From a virus: a stretch of 64,000 nt of DNA. Under the pieces are notes generated by a model that searched no databases, had not been told where the DNA came from, and worked only from the letters and a program-made list of their open reading frames with translations. Below, in pieces: positions 1 to 9,800 of this stretch (the first letter of the stretch is position 1; each line of letters starts with the position of its first letter). The position numbers and the translations under genes are program-made. Where the stretch lies: positions 1-64,000 of IMG/VR virus record IMGVR_UViG_3300042892_003815. One strand, written 5' to 3'.

Positions 1-815
1 ACTATTTTGTGTAAGTTTAGCTCTACTTTAGTTGTAATAAATGGATTTACTCTATTAAATGTAACATGATTTATAATCAATTCACATTCTTCCATTTTGA
101 GTACTTCTTTTACTTTATCTTTAATCTCATCATCACTATTCTTTACTAGAAATTGAAGTACATCATTGATTCCTTTTGCTAACTTAATAGTATTGTTGTC
201 ATCATCATATAAAGAAACTTGATCATATTTAGTTATTTCTTCTTCTGTAAACTTCGTATCGGCCGTTTTTAATCCAATTATATGTTGGAGTACTAATCTT
301 ACTTTTTTGTGTACTATATCGTCTCTATCTCTGTTATAGAATGTTTCTGATATGAAGTAGAAGTTCTTTATCTTTAAACCAAAATCTAATAGTTTTTCTT
401 CTAGTTTCTCAATTAGTGATTCATAACTCCTTTTAGAGTTTTTAGAACAAATAACATAAATATCATCTTGACTATTTTTAAGATGTCTAATATTTTCTAA
501 GTGTATTGTGAAATCACCATTTTCGATAATATCTTTGTTCATAAACTCTTGCATTGAGAAGGCAAGTTCTGATATATTTACATTATTATTTTTAGATTTG
601 ATTTTAATCTTATTAAAAAGTTCTTCACTTAGCCAATAAGTCTGTCCGTCTATATTAAAGTTTATATTATCTCTTTTATAAACACCTTTTCTTAAAAGAT
701 TAAATTCAGACTTTGATATTCTTATCAAAGGTTTATTAGGAGTTCGTGTATTTACTATCCAAACTTTACTATTCATTGTTATTAGACTATTAAGGTCAAA
801 GAAGTGTGCGTTCAT
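1..815 (-). CDS. HAD-like fold hypothetical protein (partial, runs off window start)
   Basis: Read manually: ATG at 815, open frame to base 1; MNAHFFDLNSL resembles a degenerate HAD motif I, VSLYDDD resembles motif IV; late box 4 nt upstream. Confidence 0.55.
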   Translation of the reverse strand, partial: MNAHFFDLNSLITMNSKVWIVNTRTPNKPLIRISKSEFNLLRKGVYKRDNINFNIDGQTYWLSEELFNKIKIKSKNNNVNISELAFSMQEFMNKDIIENGDFTIHLENIRHLKNSQDDIYVICSKNSKRSYESLIEKLEEKLLDFGLKIKNFYFISETFYNRDRDDIVHKKVRLVLQHIIGLKTADTKFTEEEITKYDQVSLYDDDNNTIKLAKGINDVLQFLVKNSDDEIKDKVKEVLKMEECELIINHVTFNRVNPFITTKVELNLHKI

Positions 816-831
816 AGTACTATATATAAAT

Positions 832-862
832 AAAAAAACCTATCTTTTATGATAGGTTTTTA
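832..862. terminator. Rho-independent terminator hairpin
   Basis: AAAAAAACCTATC-TTTTAT-GATAGGTTTTT inverted repeat with A/T tracts on both sides. Confidence 0.75.
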
Positions 863-866
863 TTTT

Positions 867-1322
867 TTATCTTAAAAACTTTTTACTTAGTGCAAAATCA
901 TATAACACTGGTAAGTTTAAATATTCTATAAAGTATTTTCTCATATCTTCTAATGTTTTAGATCTTTTTATAATACTCACAACTAATAATCCAAATTCTT
1001 CCTGGAAATCTAAATAACAATCACACCAAGGTCTATTATAATTTTCTAATGTCTTCCATTCTTTCTCACCACCTGTTAGCCAATACAAACTTTTTTCTGG
1101 AGATATATTATCAATATTCATTTCTTTAATCTCAGTTTTCCAAACTTGGTCGTTTGCATCACAACTTCTTAATAATAATGAAACTGCTTCTCCTAAATCT
1201 GTTGTCATTTCCCTACCTATTTCGAAGAACCATTCATTTCCTTCTCTGCTAATTATTATTGTTTTGTCATCGTAAATGATTTTAGTTCCAATTTCTTTCA
1301 GTAAAGTCTTTTTCTTTCTCAT
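867..1322 (-). CDS. hypothetical protein
   Basis: 151-aa ORF collinear with neighbours, followed by terminator. Confidence 0.7.
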   Translation of the reverse strand: MRKKKTLLKEIGTKIIYDDKTIIISREGNEWFFEIGREMTTDLGEAVSLLLRSCDANDQVWKTEIKEMNIDNISPEKSLYWLTGGEKEWKTLENYNRPWCDCYLDFQEEFGLLVVSIIKRSKTLEDMRKYFIEYLNLPVLYDFALSKKFLR

Positions 1323-1341
1323 AGTTAGTAATTATTTTTAT

Positions 1342-1632
1342 CTAGATAGGTTTATTCAACCCACTCTTCCAAGTCCCTTTAAAAAATCCATCTTCCCAAA
1401 TGCCGTTTTCCCATGTTCCATGAAAAGCACCATTCTTGAATATCCCGTATTTCCAATCTCCATATTTAAAGATACCTTCGTGCCAAATTAAGGTTTCTTT
1501 CTTAATTTCCACAATAGCATTCTCGACCTCGGAATCAATTAACCAATTGAATCCAAACTCTTTTAATTTCTTTAAAATTTCTGATTTTGATGTGATAGAT
1601 TTATCACTATATTTAAGTTCTATAATTCCCAT
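1342..1632 (-). CDS. W/F-x-x-G pentapeptide-repeat protein
   Basis: C-terminal WHEGIFKYGDWKYGIFKNGAFHGTWENGIWEDGFFKGTWKSG 5-residue periodicity. Confidence 0.7.
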   Translation of the reverse strand: MGIIELKYSDKSITSKSEILKKLKEFGFNWLIDSEVENAIVEIKKETLIWHEGIFKYGDWKYGIFKNGAFHGTWENGIWEDGFFKGTWKSGLNKPI

Positions 1633-1748
1633 TCTAAAATAATCTTTTTACAAGTATATATATTTTTTGACACCTGACATTCTTTTTCATTTTATCTAAT
1701 TTTTCCTCAAAAATGATGATTTCACTTTGAAAAAAATTAAAATAAAAT

Positions 1749-1776
1749 AAAAAACCAAGATTGCTCCTGGTTTTTT
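1749..1776. terminator. terminator hairpin
   Basis: AAAAAACCAAGA-TTGC-TCCTGGTTTTTT imperfect inverted repeat at end of 1775..2353. Confidence 0.6.
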
Positions 1777-2353
1777 ATAATAATTTGAATATAACATTTA
1801 CTTCAGAAGTTATTGTATCAAAAGATAATTTTTCAAAATATTCTTTATTTATTTTTTGTGGTTTCCCTGAGATATTTATATTAATATTCCACCCAGTTTG
1901 TTGAGTGAATAGATTATCATCCCCAATCGGTGTTTGTTCTTTTCTATAAACAAAATAAACATCTAATATGTTATAATGTCTCATAACACGTTCTACCATA
2001 AATAATAAATGATCTTTAACATCACCAATAATGAAATTATTCTCGTCAGTTTTATTTTCATCACCTTGTCTAACTTGTTTTTCGACTTTAATTCTAGCCT
2101 CAGTTTTTCTTTCACCAAATATGGTTTCTCCACCATGTCCTCTTTCAACTGAGTTTTCTACAAATGATATAGTTATAGTAAAGTCATCCTGTAAATAGGT
2201 AATAGAATCCAGTACAAACTCTTTAAATTCGGACTGTTTTTCTTCTGAACCAGTTAGGTTATTTTCGGTATTGGGTTCTTGTTCTTTAATTTTATCTTTT
2301 ATAAATGTTTTAACTTTATTGATAAAACCTTCGTGTGTTTTTATATACTTCAT
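1775..2353 (-). CDS. hypothetical protein with capsid-targeting-like N-terminal motif
   Basis: Starts MKYIKTHEGF. Confidence 0.7.
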   Translation of the reverse strand: MKYIKTHEGFINKVKTFIKDKIKEQEPNTENNLTGSEEKQSEFKEFVLDSITYLQDDFTITISFVENSVERGHGGETIFGERKTEARIKVEKQVRQGDENKTDENNFIIGDVKDHLLFMVERVMRHYNILDVYFVYRKEQTPIGDDNLFTQQTGWNININISGKPQKINKEYFEKLSFDTITSEVNVIFKLL

Positions 2354-2355
2354 AA

Positions 2356-2865
2356 TTAATATATTTTTATAAGAAAAGTTACTTCATTTATTTCTTCATT
2401 ATCTGATAGTTCTTCAAACTCTTCAATTGATAATTTTTCTTCTTCTATTTTAACTAACATTTGTACCTTATCATATGTTTTTTCAACTAACTGTGATGTT
2501 AGAAGAATATATTCTTTGACTTCTGATAAGTTAAAACTACTTTCTTCATCATCTTCAATATTTCTAAATATATTTACTTTGAATATGGTCTTGTATTTAC
2601 CGGTAACCAATTCTCCTTCTTTATTTACATAAGTATCATTTTCGCTAAATCCTACCTCTATTTTAAATCTATCATCATCTGATAAATAAGTTACTTCATT
2701 TTTAATTAGTTTTGATAAGTCTGCTTTTGGAAATTCATCTGGTAAACTAGGTTTTAATTCAAATAAAATATTGATTAGTTCGATAACCTCGTGAGTATCT
2801 AAGTCTTCTGGGTTAGTATATTTTATCTTACCGGTAAAATTTTCATATGTTTTTAAGTTTATCAT
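2356..2865 (-). CDS. hypothetical protein with capsid-targeting-like N-terminal motif
   Basis: Starts MINLKTYENF; late box TTATATATAA 4 nt upstream. Confidence 0.7.
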   Translation of the reverse strand: MINLKTYENFTGKIKYTNPEDLDTHEVIELINILFELKPSLPDEFPKADLSKLIKNEVTYLSDDDRFKIEVGFSENDTYVNKEGELVTGKYKTIFKVNIFRNIEDDEESSFNLSEVKEYILLTSQLVEKTYDKVQMLVKIEEEKLSIEEFEELSDNEEINEVTFLIKIY

Positions 2866-2878
2866 ATGATTATATATA

Positions 2879-2907
2879 AAAAAAACCAGGTGATTTACCT
2901 GGTTTTA
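2879..2907. terminator. terminator hairpin
   Basis: AAAAAAACCAGGT-GATTT-ACCTGGTTTT. Confidence 0.7.
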
Positions 2908-2910
2908 ATA

Positions 2911-3468
2911 TTATTTTTGAAATTTCATCAATCTATCAACTTCTGTATAATCCTTTCTATCTAATGCCTCATCAATTAAAGATTGTAAGTCTATTTTTCT
3001 TAATTTTGATAAGTCTTCAGTAACAAGTACATCATTATTATCTTCTTTTTGTTTATTTCTTAAATACTCAATATATCTATCGAGACTAGGCATTCTGATG
3101 TCATAACCTTTTTCTAGAAAATATAAGTAAGCATTTATTGATCTTTCATTTTTTGGTACTTTTGGTACTTTTACTGGCTTCATATTTTTTAATCTATCAT
3201 AGATTTTTTTAGTAACTGGTGAGAAATTATTAAAAACCATGAATTGTGGGTCATGTAATTTATTGGTATATTTACACATTAGTTGTTCTTCCATGCCAAT
3301 AACTTCACCTGTATCAGTTGCGATATACAATTTATTAGAACCTGTATTTTTATCACTTACTAATACTTCAAATCCCCAAGAATAGGTTTCTGAAATACTA
3401 AAAATTTGTCTTAAATCCATTGTCTTTAGATTTATACAAATTACCTTATCAATATTAAAATCCGCCAT
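2911..3468 (-). CDS. early protein with C-terminal IDEAL/UVR-like helical motif
   Basis: C-terminus LQSLIDEALDRKDYTEVDRLMKF; preceded by Bacteroidota-type promoter. Confidence 0.6.
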   Translation of the reverse strand: MADFNIDKVICINLKTMDLRQIFSISETYSWGFEVLVSDKNTGSNKLYIATDTGEVIGMEEQLMCKYTNKLHDPQFMVFNNFSPVTKKIYDRLKNMKPVKVPKVPKNERSINAYLYFLEKGYDIRMPSLDRYIEYLRNKQKEDNNDVLVTEDLSKLRKIDLQSLIDEALDRKDYTEVDRLMKFQK

Positions 3469-3485
3469 AGTTATTTTTATTTTTA

Positions 3486-3515
3486 CAAAGATATAAATAA
3501 ATTTTTAAATACAAA
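3486..3515 (-). promoter_or_regulatory. Bacteroidota sigma-A type (early) promoter
   Basis: Minus strand TTTG-N18-TATCTTTG, matching established TTTG-N19ish-TAnnTTTG consensus. Confidence 0.7.
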
Positions 3516-3564
3516 AAAATGATACTTAATATTTTATATATATACTAAAAATTTTTTTATCATA

Positions 3565-6252
3565 ATGAGATATTTAAACAAAAGAGAAGATTTCTTAAAA
3601 AAGAAACAACATATACAAGGAGTTCCATATGAAACATTATTAGAGATGACATCAAGTGCTGGTCCATTTGCAAATGATGTTGGTTGGAATGACTCTTTAT
3701 TAGGTCGTTTAATAAATCATACTATTAGAAAAGCAAGAATCGCTGCAAAAGTGCCTAGAATAAAAAGCTTAATTAGTCAATTAAAAGATGAGTTTGAACA
3801 AATTGTAGGTCAGGCTAAAGTTTATAGTTTATCTGCAGAGGATCAACAGTTGGTAATTCAAATAGAACTAGATGTTTTCTTTAAAGAACTAATATATGCA
3901 GTTGAAAATAATTTTAAAGTTGGTATTTTAAAAGGATTGACTGATGGTTGTATCAAAAGAGTAACTGATATGGCAGAGTTTGATAAAAAAACAGTTCTTT
4001 TAGAAGAGTTGAAGAAATTTAGAGAATTTTTAGATCAATTTAAAGATGATCAGGGTTCAAATGATGATGAAGAAGATACTAGTGATGAAAAAGATTCTAT
4101 TGATACTGGTAGTACCACAGGATATGTTACAATGGTTAAAAATTTAAAAGCACTTGCTTTAATTTTGGCTAACTATACAAAGGTCAATACTAAAGTATCA
4201 ACCTCTACAAAAACTGGTAAACCAACAAGTACATATATTACTGTTGCGGGAGATACTTTGGTTAAGATCCAAAATAACCCTAAAATAAACCCTAATAAAT
4301 TAGATACGGTTACAATTAGAAGTAAAAATCCTGGCAAATTAGATAAGTATAAACAGGATAATATTACTATGGCTGCAGGTATTACACTTGTTATGGAGGC
4401 AACTGTAGATACAATTGGAACAGGTGGGTCTGCAAACAGAGGAACTGTAGTTGCAGGTGAAGACCATTTAACTCAGGCATTCAATAAATTGAAAAAGGAT
4501 ATTGAAGTTTTAATTTCTACAAAGGAAAAAGGAATTGGTGTTGATTATAATTTTATCAATGATATTGCAACAAATTCAAATAATACTACTAATAAGGAAC
4601 TTATAAAAAATCTTTATAATGAGATAAATAGATATTTGGTTGGTGATAAAAAGGCTACAATACAAGAAAAAGATAAACTTTATACTGAAGGTATTGAGGT
4701 ACTAAATGATAAGAATAAAACAGTAGTTGTTGCTGAGAAAATTGCAAGATTTGCAAAAAGAGCATTTCAGTTTGAGAAAGAAAACCTATATGGTGGTTTA
4801 GGTGATTTAAAAGTTCCATTACAAACATTTGTAACAACCTTGAGAGAAATAAATAAACTACCTATAGTTACTGCTAAAAAGGAATCACTATTAAATTACC
4901 ATTTATTTTTAGAAGCTAAAAATATATTAGATAATAAAGGTAATAAACAAGAGACAACTGATGGTGATACACCTGCAAGTGCAACTGCATCACAGACACA
5001 AGTAAAAGATGATGGTAAAGGTGATGTTAGTGATGTATCTGCAAAGATATTAGAGTTTTTTAATAAGACTTGTATTGAAGTAAGAGCTTATACTGTTTCA
5101 GAAGAAGAAAGAAAAGCAATACAGACTAAGATAGATCAAGTAAAAACAGAGGATGGTAAAAAAATAGAGATGACAATAGATCCAATTATTGCAATTATGA
5201 ATCTATTCATTAAAGCTTATAAGATTTATACTGTTAAAACTATTACTAAAAGAACTGAGAATGTCGATACAAATACATTATCTGAATATACGTCATTCGG
5301 TGGGAATGAAGAGACTGGTAGATCAGGTCCTTATAGAAATAATAAACTATTTGATATGTGGGAAGAAGCGGTAAATAATATAAGAAAAGACCGTAAGTAC
5401 CAAGCGATCTTTACTGATAATGCAAATTTAAGATTACCGAAAGTAACAGATCCAGATCCTGCTAACCCAGAAGATTGGACTATTAAACCTAAGGCAGGTG
5501 CATCATTTAGAAAATTCATCAATGATGTGTTAGATGGTGATACGTTATATAAAAATTCTTCAAAAACAGGTGCTGTTGCTACATTTATTGAAAAATATTT
5601 TGGAGATGGTACTGTTACTGAGAGTTCTGCTAAAGATCTTGATACTGCTACGATTGCAGAAAATGTTGAGAATGCTACTGCAATTGCAGCAAATGCGATT
5701 AAATTAGAATTAAAAAAACAAACTGATATTGCAGCAGAGTCAAATACATTCTTTACAATAGAGGGTAAAGGTGCTTCTGCAACAGATAAAGACACTTTTA
5801 ATAGAGATATACAAAGATCATTCTTTATAGAGAAGGTTGCGGCTGGTTATGTTTGGATTATATCTACAACATATTTAAAGAAGTTTAATACTTATTTAGA
5901 TTTATTGGAACCAAAACATGAAATTGGTCAAGGTGATTTTCCAAAACCTTTAAATAATGATAGAAGTGGTGAATTATACTATACTAAGATATCTATTGAG
6001 AATTTCAAAAAATTAGAATCTGGTCAGAAGTTAGCTATAGTTACGATAGATTCAAAAGGTATTCAGTCTGAGGTAGATAATATACAGATAACGAATATTT
6101 ATACACTTAATAAAGTAGAAGGTGAAGAACTATATAAACTTTCTGATGAGGAAAGAACTAAGTTTAATGGAATTCTTAATAAATCAGGAATAAAAAGTGA
6201 TGTTAAATCCGAAGTTGATAAAAAAACAGGTACTGAAATAAAACCAATATAA
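3565..6252 (+). CDS. large putative virion protein with LysM-like domain and capsid-targeting-like N-terminus
   Basis: Starts MRYLNKREDFL; YITVAGDTLVKI...IRSKNP...MAAGITL at about 4234-4395 fits LysM pattern; late box upstream. Confidence 0.6.
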   Translation: MRYLNKREDFLKKKQHIQGVPYETLLEMTSSAGPFANDVGWNDSLLGRLINHTIRKARIAAKVPRIKSLISQLKDEFEQIVGQAKVYSLSAEDQQLVIQIELDVFFKELIYAVENNFKVGILKGLTDGCIKRVTDMAEFDKKTVLLEELKKFREFLDQFKDDQGSNDDEEDTSDEKDSIDTGSTTGYVTMVKNLKALALILANYTKVNTKVSTSTKTGKPTSTYITVAGDTLVKIQNNPKINPNKLDTVTIRSKNPGKLDKYKQDNITMAAGITLVMEATVDTIGTGGSANRGTVVAGEDHLTQAFNKLKKDIEVLISTKEKGIGVDYNFINDIATNSNNTTNKELIKNLYNEINRYLVGDKKATIQEKDKLYTEGIEVLNDKNKTVVVAEKIARFAKRAFQFEKENLYGGLGDLKVPLQTFVTTLREINKLPIVTAKKESLLNYHLFLEAKNILDNKGNKQETTDGDTPASATASQTQVKDDGKGDVSDVSAKILEFFNKTCIEVRAYTVSEEERKAIQTKIDQVKTEDGKKIEMTIDPIIAIMNLFIKAYKIYTVKTITKRTENVDTNTLSEYTSFGGNEETGRSGPYRNNKLFDMWEEAVNNIRKDRKYQAIFTDNANLRLPKVTDPDPANPEDWTIKPKAGASFRKFINDVLDGDTLYKNSSKTGAVATFIEKYFGDGTVTESSAKDLDTATIAENVENATAIAANAIKLELKKQTDIAAESNTFFTIEGKGASATDKDTFNRDIQRSFFIEKVAAGYVWIISTTYLKKFNTYLDLLEPKHEIGQGDFPKPLNNDRSGELYYTKISIENFKKLESGQKLAIVTIDSKGIQSEVDNIQITNIYTLNKVEGEELYKLSDEERTKFNGILNKSGIKSDVKSEVDKKTGTEIKPI

Positions 6253-6833
6253 TGAAACATTTAAAAAAATATGATATATTCTTAGAAGAAGCTGAATTTG
6301 ATGTTCAACCTACAGATACTCCGGATGTTAAAGTTGCAAAAGATGGTATGAATACTATGAAACTTAATTTAGATGAGTATAAGACAAAGAAATCTCTAAT
6401 TGATAAGTTATACTTAGAAGTAAAAGATCCTACTCAAATTGAGATTAAGTTAAAGCAAATACTGGGAAATACTGATATACAGAATGGTAAAGATAGAAAT
6501 CCTTTTTTAGTAGAGTATGCACACTTGGCAAAGTTAAAGGCTGATGTTGAATCAATGAAACAACAAAATGTATATGATAAAGCATTTATTGATGATTTTA
6601 ATCAAGAGTTAAGAGATTTGGATGCAAATAAGAGTAATGATCCCGCACAAAAATTAGTTATTACTAAAAAAATAGCGGATGTAAATAAAAGAATTATAGA
6701 TAGAACTCCTAAATTGACACAGATTCAAAATGATTTTAATAAAAGTTTTATGGAACATACTGCTAAAATCAACAAGATAGGTTCAGATATGACCGAATAT
6801 ATCAAAAAAATATCTAATGTTAATCAAAAATAG
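6252..6833 (+). CDS. coiled-coil protein with capsid-targeting-like N-terminal motif
   Basis: Starts MKHLKKYDIFLEE; 1-nt stop/start overlap with upstream gene. Confidence 0.7.
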   Translation: MKHLKKYDIFLEEAEFDVQPTDTPDVKVAKDGMNTMKLNLDEYKTKKSLIDKLYLEVKDPTQIEIKLKQILGNTDIQNGKDRNPFLVEYAHLAKLKADVESMKQQNVYDKAFIDDFNQELRDLDANKSNDPAQKLVITKKIADVNKRIIDRTPKLTQIQNDFNKSFMEHTAKINKIGSDMTEYIKKISNVNQK

Positions 6834-6855
6834 AGAAAATATGATTTTTTTCTTT

Positions 6856-6865
6856 TAATATATAC
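6856..6865 (+). promoter_or_regulatory. late promoter box TAATATATAC
   Basis: Same box recurs upstream of most structural genes (analog of T4 TATAAATA). Confidence 0.65.
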
Positions 6866-6893
6866 ATTAAACTAAAAAATTAAAATAAAAAAT

Positions 6894-9800
6894 ATGGCAA
6901 TTCAAATTGGAAAATACAAAAGACCTGGTATCTTCATCGAAGAAATTGACAAGTCTGTATTCAGTACAGCTACTGTAGAAGGAATAAATAACCTTGTAAT
7001 GGGAGTTTCTAAAAAAGGACCTGTTAATACACCGATTAGACTAACAACTGTAAACGACTTGGAAACAGTTTTCGGTCAGTTGGATAGAAACTTGGAAAGA
7101 AAAGGTTCGTTTTTTCACAGAACAGTTTCTAAAATGTTAGAAACAAGTCCTGTTTATGCAATGAACTTATTGATAACTGATGATACATTAGATATTATTG
7201 AATATAAATCTTTGTCTTCTTCTGCATTAAAAACTAATGATATTAAGAGAGAAGGACCTTATAGAAGATTCTTTGATACAACTGGTTTTTGGAAGAGAGA
7301 TACTGAATCATTTATCAATCTAACAAAAAATAATACTGGATACTCTGATAGAGCATTTAGTTTTACTAACTTATCTGATAGATATATTACAGTTTTTGTA
7401 GTAAAAACTGCTGTATCTGGATTTGATAGAACTTTATTAGAATGGTATGGTTCTGTTGAAAAAATGCCGGCTTATGTAAGCACTGTAGATTATGCATCTG
7501 ACTATATGGTTGATGTTGTAGTTGTAGGTGGTGATTGGTCTAACTACAGAGAGTTGGCGGTTGATAACAGATGGGGTCAATATTTTAATGCAGATGGTTT
7601 AATTAAAGAACAATTAAGAAATTTTGCAAATGATAGAAATATGACTTTATTAGCTTATTATGAAGGTTTGTCATTGATTCCATATTTTAGAGATTTAAAC
7701 GGTAAAAATATATTTATCGAAACAACAATAAACAGAGATACTGATTCAACAGGTTTATACTGTGCATTTAATGCAGATTTAGTAGAACAAGACTTCTATA
7801 CAGGTTTAGTTGACCTTATAGGTGGTACTTTAGTTGGTTCAGAACAAAAAACTATTGATTTCTTATCTTATAAAGAGACTATTGTAGAGTCAGTGGAATT
7901 TGAACAAGTTCCATTAGATTTACCTGGAAATGTTGTTGCATTATTTGGTACTTATTCATATATTGATCAAATGGGTCACGCATATGGAGACCCTGCTCAA
8001 TCTGGTGTTGTTACTAATGGTAAAAACAGAACAGCTTGGTTTACAGAGGGTGCTGTATTACACGTTAGTGTTTTAGAAGGTGCTAACCCAGGATCTGGAT
8101 ATACTTATGGTGGTTCTGGTACGTCATCAACAATAAACGTTAAATATTTAGCGGATGATTCACAATTTGAACCATTCTGTATTATAGGTGGACAATATGT
8201 TCCTGTAGTAGGTGGTACTGTATCAACTACATTAAAATCAATAAATTATCCTTATAGTCATGCAACTGCAAGTTATACAACTGCATTTACTCTTAACTCA
8301 AATGGAGTTATTTCAAGTGTTAGTAGTTATACTGCTAATCGTAATCCATCAGTTGGTGCAAGTGATATAGTTTTAGGTTACTTAACATTTGATGTTTTTG
8401 AAAGTGAATTTGTTGAATCATCAATTGAATTCTCATCTTCTGCAATAAGCACATCTGGTGGTATTTTTGATTATGTTGATCCAAGTTATGTTGATGGTGT
8501 TTACCTTACTCAAGGTGTTTATAATGACTTTGGATTTGGTACAAACTCAACAGTTCATGATTATTATGTTTATGATTTAAGTGATACTCCTGGTTATTCA
8601 CAAGGTGATGTTCAAGTAGTTTTCTGGGGAACAAATGCTGCCGCAGATTCTAAAAACTATAATCAATATAGAAAAATAAAAATGTTTAATACAATTTTAT
8701 CTTTCATCAATAGTTCTTATAAAGATAGAGCTACTATGGTTGTGAGTGAAGATATAACTGGAAATAGAACTAAGAAAAGTTTAGCGGATATGACTGTAAC
8801 GAATATAGTTACTGCAACATCTCAAAACAAATCTTTTGTATTAAAAACTGGATTATCTGATGTATCTTATATAGCTGGACATGGTAGATTGATTTTCTAC
8901 AAAGTAGATAATGAATTTATACTTGGACAAAATCAATTACGTACTCAAAATATTTGTGCGACTGATTTAGTTGGTGTTGTTGCAAAATACTCAACATTCT
9001 ACGAAAAATACTTTAATGGTTTAATCAATACTGGTGACTTCTTCTATGATAATAGATTATTTACTGATGCTGGTGGAACTAACCCAGAGGTTATCCTTGA
9101 TAGTGCGGGTAATATTGCAACAGTAAATGTTACTTTTGTAAATGGTGAGGCTTCTCCAAGTCCAACTAACATAACTGCTGCATCTGGAATTACTGGTGAT
9201 TATGCAGGTTATAACTATATTGTTTTCGAATCATCTGTTGGTGGTGTTGCATCAGAAGCAGCATTAGATTTAGGACCATTGGAAGAAATTTCATTCCCTC
9301 AGTCTGAGACTAATACTGGTGTATTTACAATAACTCAAAATAGTGTTAATCCTACAGATAGTGCAGTTGAATTGGCACAGGCATTAGGATTCACTTCAAG
9401 TAATAATTTCTTTGCATACCAAGTATCTGAGAATGTTACATTTGAACAAGTAACAGATGTTACTATGGTTTATAATAATTTAGATAAACACTATTTAGAA
9501 ATGCTTCTTAATTTAGATGATACTTTAGAAGTAAACTTCCTAGACAAGAGCTTATCTTCAGTAGAAAATATTGATGTCTTAACTAACTTTACATTTAATG
9601 TTCAGTCAGAATTAAGTAACTTAAAACAAACTATTGAAATTGAAACTCCTTCTGGATATGTTGAAGTACCTAATAAAATTTTAGTAAACGGTGCAAGATA
9701 TACTGAATTAAAAGTTGGTGATTTCTTATTAACTGATAATGAAGGTGTTGATTTAGTACTTGGTCAAACAATACAAAGAAATCTTACAAGAATTTTAAGT

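Noticed and set aside
4655-5795. Minus-strand ORFs 4655..4837 and 5331..5795, and similar short track ORFs nested in long genes elsewhere
   Set aside because: Fully overlapped by longer, motif-bearing genes; treated as shadow ORFs.
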